DNA of 64,000 nucleotides from Macrostomum lignano (taxonomy: Eukaryota), in contig NIVC01000373.1 of NCBI GenBank assembly GCA_002269645.1, forward strand, positions 73,641 through 137,640. Reading direction: 5' to 3'. The position numbers and the translations under genes are program-made. Shown here piece after piece: positions 44,328 to 56,841 of this stretch. The notes beneath the pieces were generated by a model, which had not been told where the DNA came from, did no database searches, and saw nothing but the letters and a program-made list of their open reading frames with translations. Within the stretch, counting starts at the first letter, position 1. The number at the start of each line of letters is the position of its first letter.

Positions 44328-46578
44328 TCAGGCGGCGGGCTCGGAGAAGTACGGGTGCTGCAGCGCCTGGTCCGCGTGCAGGCGGTACTGCGGGTTGCAG
44401 ACCAGCAGGCGGGAGAGCAGGTCCCGGCCTTTGCTGCTCATCCTGGGCACCACCTGCTGCAGGCTGGAGCTGCCAGGGTAAAGCGGGAACGACTTGTAGT
44501 CCGGCAGCTGCGTGACTCCCGGCCAGCTGTCCTCGGTTGGCGTGCCCAGCAGCCTGCGGGTGGCGGGGCGATTCCTTGTGGCTTATGGGCGATTCTTTGT
44601 GGCTTATGGGCGATTCCTTGTGGCTTATGGGCGATTCCTTGTGGCTTATGGGCGATTCCTTGTGGCTTATGGGCGATTCCTTGTGGCTTATGGCGATTCC
44701 TTGTGGCTTATGGGCGATTCCTTGTGGCTTATGGGCGATTCCTTGTGGCTTATGGGCGATTCCTTGTGGCTTATGGCGATTCCTTGTGGCTTATGGCGAT
44801 TCCTTGTGGCTTATGGGCGATTCCTTGTGGCTTATGGGCGATTCCTTATGGCTTATGCCCGATTCCACAGTTCCTTAGGGGTGTTTCCCAGTTTCTTAGA
44901 GGCGATTTCCACAATTTCTCAGGGGTGATTCCTAGTTGCTCAGGGGCGATTTCCACAATTCCTCAGGGGTGATTTCAACAATTCCTCAGGGGCGATTTCC
45001 ACAGTTCCTCAGGGGCGATTTCCACAGTTCCTCAGGGGCGATTTCCACAGTTCCTCAGGGGCGATTTTCACAATTACTCAGGGGGATTTCCACAATTCCT
45101 CAGGGGCGATTTCCACAATTCATCAGGGGCAATTCCTGCAGCAGTTCAGGGACCAATTCGAAGGCCGCGCATTCATCAGGAGATTTCGATTCCGTGACCG
45201 AGGAGGTCGGAGTGGCTCACTTGAATATCCGCTTCAGCTGGTCGTCCACGTCGTTGCCGGGGAAGAGCGGCCGGCCGGCGTTGGACAGCTCGGCGAAGAT
45301 GCAGCCGGCCGACCAGGTGTCCACAGAAGTGGAGTAGAGCTTGGCCCCGAACAAGATGTCCGGCGGCCGGTACCACAGGGTGACCACTTCGGCTGAGTAG
45401 CAGCGCACCGGGATGCCGTAGGCGCGGGCGAGCCCGAAGTCGGCCAGTTTGAGCTCACCGTTCTTGTTGATGAGCAGGTTCTGCGGCTTCAGGTCCCTGC
45501 GGGAATTGAGGGTGAAGCTGACACCTGCTGACCAGGGAACTGTGCAGGTTGCAGTCACATCTAACTGATGGGTATGTCTGTTAGCGTAGGGGGTAAACTC
45601 TAGTTGGTGGTTGTCGGGTAGTCGCAATGTTTGGAGCCTGGTAGAGTTATGGAAAGGTGTCTGGTAGTTTATGTGAAGGTGTCTGGTAGTCTTTGAGAAG
45701 GTGTCTGGTAGTTTATGGGAAGGTGTCTAGTAGTTTTTGGGAAGGTGTCTGGTAGTTTATGGGAAGATGTCTGGCAGTTTATGCGAAGGTGTCTGGTAGT
45801 TTATGGGAAGGTGTCTGGCAGTTTATAGGAAGGTGTCTGGTAGTTTATGGGAAGGTGTCTGGCAGTTTATAGGAAGGTGTCTGGTAGTTTATGGGAAGGT
45901 GTCTGGCAGTTTATAGGAAGGTGTCTGGTAGTTTATGGGAAGGTGTCTGGTAGTCTTTGGGAAGATGTCTGGCAGTTTATGCGAAGGTGTCTGGCAGTTT
46001 ATAGGAAGGTGTCTGGGAGTTTATGGGAAGGTGTCTGGTAGTTTATGGGAAGGTGTCTGGTAGTTTATAGGAAGGTGTCTGGTAGTTTATAGGAAGGTGT
46101 CTGGTAGTTTATGGTAAGGTGTCTGGTAGTTTATGGGAAGGTGTCTGGAAGAGTTTATGCGTAGTTTAAATGTTGGGAGCCTGGTACAGCTTGCGGTGGG
46201 TTACCTGTGCAGCACGCTGTTCTTGTGGCAGTACTCGAGCCCCTTGAGCAGCTGATGAAAGAACGATTTGACAAGGTCGGCCTCGACCTCGCCGTTGCAG
46301 GAGTCGAAGTACTTCTTGAGGTCCTGGTCGCAGAACTCGAACACCATGGTGAGCTTGTGGTCAGAGTGCAGCACGTCCTGCAGGCGGACAACGTTCTTGT
46401 GCTTCAGCTCCTTGAGCAGGCAGAGCTCGCGCAGCGCCGAGCTCGGGACGCCCTCGTCGTCCTCGTCCAGGCGGACCCGCTTGAGGGCAACGATCTCGCC
46501 CGTCTCCTTATTCTTTGCCTTGAACACCGTGCCGTAGGTGCCTTCGCCGATCTTCTCCAGCTTCTCGAACTTCTGCAT
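44328..46578 (-). CDS. CDK5: Cyclin-dependent kinase 5; exons 46578..46205, 45496..45221, 44553..44328 (291 aa)
   Basis: GEGTYG, PSSALRE (CDK5 signature), [36 protein letters not shown]; exons sum to 876 nt. Confidence 0.97.
44567..45130. repeat. 21-bp array (GGGCGATTCCTTGTGGCTTAT) abutting a 23-bp array (GGGGCGATTTCCACAGTTCCTCA) in CDK5 intron 2
   Basis: Two related arrays sharing GGCGATT(T)CC. Confidence 0.93.
45652..46150. repeat. 22-bp minisatellite GAAGGTGTCTGGTAGTTTATGG in CDK5 intron 1
   Basis: About 22 units. Confidence 0.95.
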
Positions 46579-46929
46579 CTTGTCGCCGAAGAGGGGCGGG
46601 ACTGGCTGGCTGGGGGTCACGTGACTCTGCTTGCGGCTCTGGAGTCGGGCTGTTGCTGAAAGAGGCCCGGCGGCGTTGAGCACGACTTCTCAGAGAGCTT
46701 GCGATATGAGCAAAATTTAAGCAGAAATAAAGTTCGCGAGGTTTCCCATGATCGATGAAAGTTGCCGCTTTGACTTTTAAAGGCTACTGCATGATCTTTT
46801 TCATAATAGTGCGTTCTTATTTACATTCTAGCCTATGACCATTCACTTCGTAGCGTATGACCACTAAAATTTTTATTGAATAAGTATTCCCGTTCTACTG
46901 TATGACCAATATATATTTCTAGTCCATGA

Positions 46930-47270
46930 CCATTCCCATTCCAATCTATCACTATTCCACTCTAATCTATGACCACTCTCATTCTAATCTGACCACTTCC
47001 ATTCTAATCTATGGCCACCCTCATTCCAATCTATGACCACTCTCATTCTAATTTATGACCACTTCCATTCTAATCTATGGCCACTCCCATTATAATCTAT
47101 GGTCACTCCCATTATAATCTATGGTCACTCCCATTATAATCAATGGTCACTCCCATTATAATCTATGGTCACTCCCATTATAATCTATGGTCACTCCCAT
47201 TATAATCTATGGTCACTCCCATTCTAATCTATGACCCCTCCACTGTAGTACATGACCACTTTTATTATAA
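46930..47270. repeat. Degenerate 22-bp array CTATGGTCACTCCCATTATAAT
   Basis: Progressively more homogeneous toward 47100-47220. Confidence 0.88.
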
Positions 47271-47842
47271 TCTATTGACAAGTTCCACCCCAGGCTGGTC
47301 ATTCCTATTATAGCATATGCTAATTCCAAGAGTTCGCCCTATAAATAAACTGGACTAAAAAGATAACGAAATTACGTAAGAATAAATATTCGATGACACA
47401 TTGCAAGGCCACAGCAAGCCTTTTGACGCCAGTGGAAAATCGGGCGATAATTAAAAGGCAAATTAAAGTTGAGAGCGCAGCAGTGACCAGCGCCCCCTAA
47501 GCACAGAAGAGCACAGCTAAGGAAATGTCGTTCGATCGAATTAAATGGAATTTCAGCGCCTGGCGCGATGGCAGAGGGGGCACCGGGGGGGGGACGCTGA
47601 TACGGCAGCACGGCACAGAGCAGAGGTTAACTGAGTGAGCGCTCACTAAATGCACTTAGCAGCTCTATATCAGGCCTGCGCAAAACAGCCGCAGTGATTA
47701 ACAGAGCTGTCTACAGTGCAGCAAATACTTTGATGCTGAACACATGTAAATTCACACCACAGTCTATGACTATCTCTATGAATCCAATAAGGATATGTCT
47801 GTTTCTATATATTTATCTATGACCGCTTTATAAGCCCAAGTC

Positions 47843-48080
47843 TATGACCATGCCTGCACTGGTGTATGACCATCCCTGCACTTGGGTATGACCATGCCTG
47901 CATTGGGGTATGACCATCCCTGCACTGGTGTGTGACCATCCCTGCACTGGTGTATGACCATCCTTGCACTGGAGTATGACCATCTCTGCACTGGAGTATG
48001 ACAATCCCTGCACTGGAGTATGACCATCCCTGCACTGGAGTATGACCATCCCTGCACTGGAGTATGACCATCCCTGCACC
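47843..48080. repeat. 22-bp array TATGACCATCCCTGCACTGGAG
   Basis: About 10 units. Confidence 0.92.
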
Positions 48081-48772
48081 GGTTTATGACTACACTGAAT
48101 CGCCGAGAAAGAATCGCAAGCCGCAGACAGGCGGGTCGGTGAGCTAATTGCTGTATATTTGGCTCCGTAGACAGGTGGAGGGCAGGGGCGGGGGCAGGGA
48201 CAGGTGGGCAAAGCGCAGAATAAAGCAAGATGAGGCAACATGGGAGTCTGGCACAGACAATAAAAATAGCATAATCCATAATTAAGTCAGAGATGTACAA
48301 GTTGACTGATTATAAAAGGCAATGATTCAAAGGTAAAAAGCGGAAAAGCAGAGCACAGGATTTGGCATTTGAATCGGTGATTTCTAGAGAGAGAGAGAGA
48401 GAGGAAGACGCGCTGGTTCCGCCTGGAGACCAGAATTAGCAGCGCAAAATCGCTTTAGCTCGTACCAATATGCGCAGAATTCGCACTGGAAATATGGTTT
48501 ATACATCTAGCACGTACCGCAGAAAATTAAATACTTAAAAATTTACTTGAAAGGCATCACAATGAGCTTTAGATGAGAACAGCCTTGCAATTTAAAACCA
48601 GCTTCATATAAAAGTGCATTATAATTAGAATACGCAATATAAGCCCGCATGTCAAAGCCAACGTGGGATTTGCAAGTGTGTACAGTTAGAGTGAATTTCA
48701 TGTAACAACAAATAATTGCATTAATCATGTACTATTGAGCCTGCAACACCCCAGCAGCCCTTACCAGTTCCT

Positions 48773-49118
48773 GCGACTGTCACAGCTGACTGGTCACTGC
48801 CACTGTCACAGCTGACTGGTCACTGCCACTGTCACATCTGACTGGTCACTGCCCACTGTCACAGCTGACTGGTCACTGCCCACTGTCACAACTGACTGGT
48901 CACTGCCACTGTCACAGCTGACTGGTCACTGCCCACTGTCACAGCTGACTGGTAACTGCCCACTGTCACAGCTGACTGGTAACTGCCCACTGTCACAGCT
49001 GACTGGTCACTGCCCACTGTCACAGCTGACTGGTAACTGCCCACTGTCACAGCTGACTGGTCACTGCCACTGTCACATCTGACTGGTCACTGCCACTGTC
49101 ACCGCTGACTGGTCACAT
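48773..49118. repeat. 26-27-bp array CACTGTCACAGCTGACTGGTCACTGC(C)
   Basis: About 13 units 3' of EEPD1. Confidence 0.93.
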
Positions 49119-49312
49119 GTGCCCTAGCACCTACACACTCGTTCTTTCCGTACTGGTATCTCACAGCATACTGGTCACAGCTCATATCGTTGTCACTGAC
49201 TGCCCACTGCTCATAACTGACTGCTCACAGTCCCCAGTCTACTGCTCATAACTGACTGCTCACAGTCCCCAGCCTACTGCTCATAACTGACTGCTCACAG
49301 CCCCCAGCCTGG

Positions 49313-51250
49313 CTACTCAGCATCAGAGTAGAACTCGGCGTACACCGGGCAGTGGTCGCTGACGGGGCCGCCGAAGCTCCAGTTGGCGGGGATGAGCGGG
49401 TGAAAAAGGCCGTTGCGGACCACGGCAGCCTGGCCGGTGAAGAGCCGCTTGCACAGCGGACTGGCCCACAGGTTGTCATAGGAGCGGCTGCCGGCCGGGC
49501 ACTCGCGGCTGATGTTGGTTGGCTCGTCAGCGGCCAGCAGACCGGAGTAACCCATCAGGCGGAGCGGCTCGAAAGCGGCGTGGTCGGGCGCCAGGTTGAA
49601 GTCGCCGAGAAGCAGGCAGCGGGCGTCGGAGCCGGCGACGGAGGCGAGGGCGTCGGCGAGGTCGGGCAGGAAGTCGGCCTCGGACTCGGTGCGAGCGGTG
49701 CCGGCGGAGTCGCCGCCAAGCGTCGTCGCCTTCAAATGCAGGCTGGCAGCCAGGAGGCGGCAGCCGCCGATGGACAGCTGCGCAACAAACGGACTGCGCG
49801 TGAATGCGCGACCGCCAGCGCCGGGCTTCTCCAGCGGGGCGGCCTGGCGGAACCGCAGCTGCGGGCCGGCGCGCCAGAGAAATCCGCCGAATTCGGCAGC
49901 CTGGAAGGCCCGGCCGACGGGCGCCTCGGAGACGCAGGCGGTCCAGTGGCCGCGGTCGCCGCCGCGCCAGCGCAACACAGCGGGGAGGCTGGGCTGGTTG
50001 AGCTCGTCGCAGATGCGCTGCAGAGCGGCCGGCTCCGTGAGCTCCTGTACAGCCAGCACTGAGATGGCGTTCTCCAGCAGGGTGCAGCAGATCACCTGGC
50101 GGGAAGGTCAGGACAGTATAAGACTTTTGTAAAATTTTCTTTTATTTGGACAAATTGGCAGCCCCACAAACCTCCATAACGCCCGGGTTGGAGGCCTTCT
50201 CCAGATTGAGCCGGTTGAGATTCCAGGCGGCGATCCGCACGGTAGGCCGCCCGGCCAGCAGGCCGTCGAAGGCGGCGCAGGTCGGCGGCCGCGCGTACGG
50301 CCGATCGAAGATGCGGCACTCGGCCAGCAGGCAGAGCTGCGACTCGCTGAACCGCCCGATGCCGCCAGCGGGCAGGTCGCTGGCCGGCTCCTCCTCGGGG
50401 CGTCCAGGCAGAGGCGGCCACGAAGGCCGGCCAGGAGGCCCCAGCCAACGCCGTGGAGGGCGGCGACCTCGTCAAGGGAGCGAAAGCCGCCGCGCCGCTG
50501 CCGCTCGCCGATGATGGACTCGGCGGTGGACTGGGAGACTCCCGGCAGGCGCATCAGCTGGAACAGGTTCGCCGAGTTCAGCGCAAGCGGCTTTGCGCCG
50601 CCGTTTGCTGAGGTTGGCGACGCAGCGGACTGAGGAGAGGGCGAGCCGGCGCGGACGCAGACCTCCGGGCGCAGCAGTCGCAGCTTGTCGCCGCCGATGC
50701 CGGGCACCAGCGCCAGGTCCTCGACGCGGCGAAAGGCGCCAATTTGGCGTCGATAGGCCACGATGTTGCCGGCGGTGGTCCGGTTGACCCCGGGCAGGGT
50801 CATAAACTGCTCCTCGCTGGCCGAGTTCAGCTCAAGCAGCTCGAACTTCGGCAGCCGCTGCCGCTGAGGATCGTCAGGGTCGTCCGGGCTGGAGATCTGC
50901 GAGAAGGCGGCGCTGAGGTTGCGCCGGTGCGACTTGCCGGACTTGCCGCCGAAGGATTCCCGCAGAGACCAGCGACTTGGCCGGGCGGGCAGCGACTCTG
51001 TCGGTTGCGACGGCGGCGGCTGCTGAAGGTCGCCGAAGACGGCAGATGCGTCGGACTCGGCAGCGGCTGGAGCAGCTTCGCCCGCGTCAACACGAAGTGG
51101 AGTGCCGGGGGTCTTGGCCGCGGCTCCATTTTTGCACTGCAGGGAGGACGGCGGCAGCGGTCGGGGCGGCCGGCGCCAATGCAGGTGATTCTCCGGCGTG
51201 TCGGACGGGTGCCGGCAGCGGCCGATGCACAGGCTGTTCACGCCGCCCAT
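49313..51250 (-). CDS. EEPD1: Endonuclease/exonuclease/phosphatase domain protein 1; exons 51250..50172 (-1 frameshift at ~50397-50400), 50095..49313
   Basis: MG..C N-terminus, two HhH repeats (LNSASEEQFMTLPGV..LALVPGIG; LNSAN..LPGV), then in a shifted frame RIAAWNLNRLNLEKASNPGVME|VICCTLLEN..AVQE, LLLGDFN, YDNLW, SDHCPVYAEF. Confidence 0.88.
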
Positions 51251-52496
51251 GGCTGCGGGCTACCGCTGGCTGGGATTCGAGTGGCTGGCCCGGGAGCAGC
51301 CCTGCAACAGAGGCACCAGCAGAGTGGCGGCGGCTACTGGCACTGGCTGGAATCGAAGCAGCGCATACAGGCGTTAGAATCATGAAATACGTTCAATATA
51401 GCGCAGGAAAGGGGCGGGGGTTGGCGGGCGAAGCAGATAGGCGGTGGGCAGACAGGCAATAAGACGGGCGGCTCGCCACTTCGCCTGGCTGGAGGGACAC
51501 GGGGAGGAGGAATGCCCGGGTGGGAGGGGGTTGCTCGCAGTTTTGTTGCAGATATCGCAGCCTGTCAGCTATTGGAATACCCGATCTGCACTGGCTGGGC
51601 CGGACAGTCGCCATTCTTCCTCAAGCGCCGTCTTCCCCATACTTTTATTACACTGGCGCCGTCTGTCTGCAAGCGTGCAGTCTGAGTGCCAGCTCTGCTC
51701 AGCATTTCCCCATTAGGTGAAAGCAAAACACCGAGCTGGAGAAGACAAGGGGAAGGCTGGGGGGGGGGGCTATCAGGCAAAATATTAGCCTATGCCGCCC
51801 GAACTAAACAAAAACAGTCCCTATTGACATCACATTGCACTGGCATTAAGGCGGCACACTATTTTATTTACCACGCGCTTATTAGCGAACTGGCGTCACA
51901 GAGCAGCGCAGCCTGGCACAGGGAGGCCGCTGCTATCTGGGACGGAGGGACTGCCGCACTCTGGGGTGCGCGCGCAGCTTGGGGCGAACTTTGACCGCGG
52001 AGGGGGGGGGGCAGGGGCAGTTATCAGCACGGCCGCAGGCGCGCCTTGCAGTCGTGTAAGCCAGCGATATCAGAGCCAGCGCATCAGCCAGCGGTCAACT
52101 GAACTAACTTGAGAGCCTACAGTTGCACCGGAGAAACTCGAAAAAGGACTGCCAAAACATTTGGAAACACTTGGAACGCTATTCAAAACCCAATAAGTTG
52201 TCTATAGGAATGAAATAGGACATTATAAATAATACTAGCTCATATTAAAGTCACAGAAAAAAATTGCTGGCCTATCATTTATAAATTAACTGTTCTGAAT
52301 ATACTACTCTTTCTTTAGAGCATAAGTAGCACATCAGAGATTTTCAAATCATGCAATGAAGCTCATTTTAATATTCCCCAGAAAAAATGCATAATCTGAT
52401 TTGATAAATAATTTCTGCATCTTAAATTAAACTAACTTATAACTTATCTGGCTTATAAGATTAACAAAAACATGTATTATCTGTCCACATAGAAAA

Positions 52497-52935
52497 AACA
52501 TGAGTATGAGTTGGGCACAGATAAGGAGGGGTAGAGTATGAGTTGGGCATAGACAAGGAAGGGTAGAGTATAAGTTGGGCACAGATAAGGAAGGGAAGAG
52601 TATGAGTTGGGAACAGATAAGGAGGGGTAGAGTATGAGTTGGGCACAGATAAGGAGGGGTAGAGTATGAGTTGGGCATAGACAAGGAAGGGTAGAGTATA
52701 AGTTGGGCACAGATAAGGAAGGGAAGAGTATGAGTTGGGAACAGATAAGGAGGGGTAGAGTATGAGTTGGGAACAGATAAGGAAGGGAAGAGTATGAGTT
52801 GGGAACAGATAAGGAGGGGTAGAGTATGAGTTGGGCACAGATAAGGAAGGGAAGAGTATGAGTTAGGAACAGATAAGGAGGGGTAGAGTATGAGTTGGCA
52901 TGGATAAGGAAGGGAAGAGTATGAGTTTGGCATAG
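52497..52935. repeat. 32-bp minisatellite GAGTATGAGTTGGGCACAGATAAGGAGGGGTA
   Basis: About 13 units. Confidence 0.94.
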
Positions 52936-54235
52936 AAAAGGATAGGTAGAATATATTATTATTGAAAGAGATAAGCTAAAAAGCCAATAAGAATTAAGCA
53001 AGAAGGAGAAAGAGATATAAGAAGAACCAGATTAATCTATATTTAGAGAAAAGTAAATAAAAATATGATAGCAGATGAAGAGATTAATCAAATGACAAAG
53101 TCCGAACACTATATGATGAATTTCTTAAAGGACTTTGGCTTATACAATATTCTAAATAGAAGTCTATATAGCTATTTGACTGTCTATTTCCTTGCTATTT
53201 TGATTTCTAGGTCTAACTTAAAACTTTATTGGCTATTAACTAAGTCATCTATACTATTTCTTGATTGAATATACATAATAATAATATATGTATTATATTC
53301 CTATTATGTTTATACAAAAACACAAAACTATTATACAATATTTTGTTTGCCATTGAATACCAAAAAATTTGCCCCTCCTGGAAATCTCTAAAGAGCTTTC
53401 ATGTACCTAATACAAATTTGCAATATACTCATATTATTACCTTAAATGATATTATCTTATTATAAAAATAAGCTTTATAATAAATAATATATAATGGCTA
53501 TAAAAGTGCTTAACGCTCTATATATAAAATTGCATAAACCAATTCTAAACAAGCAACTTGCCAATCATGGTGCCAGTGCCTTTCTTAGAGTAATCTAGGT
53601 GTACACTTGTGCATATATATATGCAAATCTCTCTATCTTCATTGCAATTCTATGAGTGCTCTGCTGGAGTGTGCAGTCTACTGTTAATTTTTATATATTT
53701 TCTGACTTTCATCAACCTATTTTTGTCTAAATTGCTAAATATAAATAAATAAACATATAAATCATAACTAAATTTTAAGAGCCTGACAATGCCTCACACA
53801 AGGCAAAACATGTTGCATAACAAAAAATAATAATGCTCATGTTTTTAATTTTTTACTTATTTTGTTAAGAATATTTTCTACATTTCCAAAAATTATCAAT
53901 ATAATATATATAAAAAATCAAACTGCTATATTGTTTTGTTTTTATGCAGATTATTTTGAATTTATAGGTTATACTGGAATATTTAAACACATAAATATAG
54001 AGAATCCTATTCATGAAATACCCAATGAGAAAAGCATAGAAAAACATTCAATAAATTTGAAAAATACAAATATGAAAGATTGCAGTTCTATAATAATAAC
54101 CAAACAAAATTGAATAAAACAACATTTTACCATTATAGCAAACCTCTTAAATTTTAGAATGCTGGTAGAGTTGCTCGCTTGGCGAGAAGAATAAATAGAA
54201 AGCTTAATATCAACATTTGAATATGATTGCAATTT

Positions 54236-54289
54236 CTAACAACTTCAACGCGTTTCGCACGCCATGGTGCATTGTCAGGATTTTATTAG
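54236..54289 (-). ncRNA. Minimal type I hammerhead ribozyme, arm A (G8>A lesion)
   Basis: Minus strand: CTAATAAAATC-CTGACAA-T-GCAC-CATGGC-GTGC-GAAAC-GC-GTT-GAAGTTGTTAG; helix I CTAATAA/TTGTTAG plus TC/GA. Confidence 0.75.
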
Positions 54290-55129
54290 AACGATTTGAG
54301 AAATTGAGAGTGAAAGCGATTGATTAAATATTGGTTTTTGCAACGTACACTGGTAAGTAGGGTAAGATTGAAAACAATTGATTACAACTTGGCTTTAACA
54401 ACATACATAGGTATAGTAGGTAGGAGAGAGAATTATAGATTGAGATTGAAAGTTAAACCAAATGTACACAATTCTTGTCCAGTGGTCAAAAGGCAGAATC
54501 AGGGGCGGTAGCTAGCTTAGGTAATTGAACGTCAAGCTAAGTGTACACAGCGTGCACGACTGTGTCACTCACTGTTCAGAAAACGCGGAGAACGTGACCT
54601 GCACCACTATGTTGTAATTGTGTGTTGAGATTCGAGGTCTGAGCTTTTATGTGCAGGGCCTCGAGAATTCTAAGTTTGGCGTCAGTATGGCTTTGGTCAA
54701 TGATTTTAAAGTGTTCTTCTGGTTTGCAGTCATTGCAGTTAGTGCATTCAAGGAGGTGAGTTTGTATAGCAGATGGTTTGAGCCAGTGTTCCCTGATCCT
54801 CGTGTGTAGGTGTCTTTTGGTTTTCCCCACGTAGGAGACACTCTGGTCCACAGAGCAGTTAAATTGGTAGACAACACCTGCACGCAGAGTACAAGGAACA
54901 CGCGACTTTAATCTGCTAACAAAGTTCCCAATCTTGTTCGTGTGGAAGATGACCCGGATGTTACGATTGAAAGAGGCAAAGAATAACCTACGCATTCTGT
55001 TCTTAAAGGCTAGAGATGGAGGTCTGAGGAAGGGGAGACGCAGAATGGGTTCAAATTCTTCAGTGGTAACAGATTGCTCAGGTTTTTGTTTGGTGATTTT
55101 GTCCGAGATGAACTTGTTGATGATTTTTT

Positions 55130-56501
55130 TTTAGTTCGTACTGCCGAATATGAAGTTGCCAAGTACCTGGATTCTCTTATCAAGCCCTGCATTCCTTCCA
55201 ATTTCATGTCCAAATCCAACAAAGACTTCCTCAATGACCTTCAAAAGTTCAACCCTATGCTCAACAGATTCGACTCCGACAGATGTAGTTTTGATGTTGT
55301 TTCTCTCTTCACCAACATCCCCCTTGATCTGGCCATTGACTATGCCACTGAGTTGGTGTACAACACGAACCCTCCCACCATGGCCAAGTTGTCCTTTAGA
55401 AAACTCCTGGGCTTTGCTACCTCTGGAATCTTTATGTTTGACAATAAATACTATAGGCAAGTTGATGGCTGTGCCATGGGAAGCCCCTTGGCCCCCACTC
55501 TGGCGAACGTCTGCTTGGCCCATTGGGAAACCGAAAACTGGATGTCTCTCAACTGTGCCCCCAAATTCTACAGGCGCTACGTCGACGATACATTTGCCAT
55601 CTTTGATCAGGAGCAAAAAATTAAACAGTTCCTCCATGCTCTCAACTCCACTCATAAGAACATAAAATTCACGGTTGAACATGCTGTTGACCAAAGACTC
55701 CTCTTCCTGGACATTGACATTGACTAAAGTAAGGAAACCCTCTCCACAAAAGTCTTCCATAAGAAAAGCTTTACCAATCTCATTCTCAACTTCCAAGCCA
55801 CTTGCCCCAGACAATGGAAAACTGGGCTCATGAGGTGTTTGCTCCATAGAGCTTTCACTACCTGAAACACCTGGATCAACTTTGACCGGGAGGTGCAGTT
55901 CCTCACCAGACTGTTCCAACAAAATGACTACCCCGTTTGTCTGGTCCAAAAAATCATCAACAAGTTCATCTTGGACAAAATCACCAAACAAAAACCTGAG
56001 CAATCTGTTACCACTGAAGAATTTGAACCCATTCCGCGTCTCCCCTTCCTCAGACCTCCATCTCTAGCTTTTAAGAACAGAATGCGTAGGTTATTCTTTG
56101 CCTCTTTCAATCGTAACATCCGGGTCATCTTCCATACGAACAAGATTGGGAACTTTGTTAGCAGATTAAAGTCGCATGTTCTTTGTACTCTGCGTGCAGG
56201 TGTTGTCTACCAATTTAACTGCTCTGTGGACCAGAGCGTCTCCTACATGGGGAAAACCAAAAGACACCTACACACGAGGATCAGGGAACACTGGCTCAAA
56301 CCATCTGCTATACAAACTCACCTCCTTGAATGCACTAACTGCAATGACTGCAAACCAGAAGAACACTTTAAAATCATTGACCAAAGCCATACTGACGCCA
56401 AACTTAGAATTCTCGAGGCCCTGCACATAAAAGCTCAGACCTCGAATCTCAACACACAATTACAACATAGTGGTGCAGGTCACGTTCTCCGCGTTTTCTG
56501 A
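55130..56501 (+). pseudogene. Disrupted Penelope RT-EN ORF
   Basis: RT frame stops at 55725..55727 with a frameshift; TGA at 55863..55865; the EN portion is open to the stop at 56501. Confidence 0.88.
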
Positions 56502-56787
56502 ACAGTGAGTGACACAGTCGTGCACGCTGTGTACACTTAGCTTGACGTTCAATTACCTAAGCTAGCTACCGCCCCTGATTCTGCCTTTTGACCACTGGAC
56601 AAGAATTGTGTACATTTGGTTTAACTTTCAATCTCAATCTATAATTCTCTCTCCTACCTACTATACCTATGTATGTTGTTAAAGCCAAGTTGTAATCAAT
56701 TGTTTTCAATCTTACCCTACTTACCTGTGTACGTTGCAAAAACCAATATTTAATCAATCGCTTTCACTCTCAATTTCTCAAATCGTT

Positions 56788-56841
56788 CTAATAAAATCCT
56801 GACGATGCACCATGGCATGCAAAACGCGTTGAAGTTGTTAG
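56788..56841 (+). ncRNA. Minimal type I hammerhead ribozyme, arm B (G12>A and helix II lesions)
   Basis: CTAATAAAATC-CTGACGA-T-GCAC-CATGGC-ATGC-AAAAC-GC-GTT-GAAGTTGTTAG. Confidence 0.75.

Noticed and set aside
2746-51385. Long antisense or alternate-frame ORFs over GC-rich exons (e.g. 2746..3495, 11356..12228, 37791..38612, 40806..41606)
   Set aside because: Shadow ORFs expected from GC3-rich codon usage; no recognisable domains.
2018-52933. Long repetitive ORFs (e.g. 2018..2461, 23983..24978, 32641..33297, 39401..40864 Ser/Thr part, 40007..40765) as repeat proteins
   Set aside because: They are stop-free readings of intronic or intergenic minisatellites; splice models exclude them cleanly.
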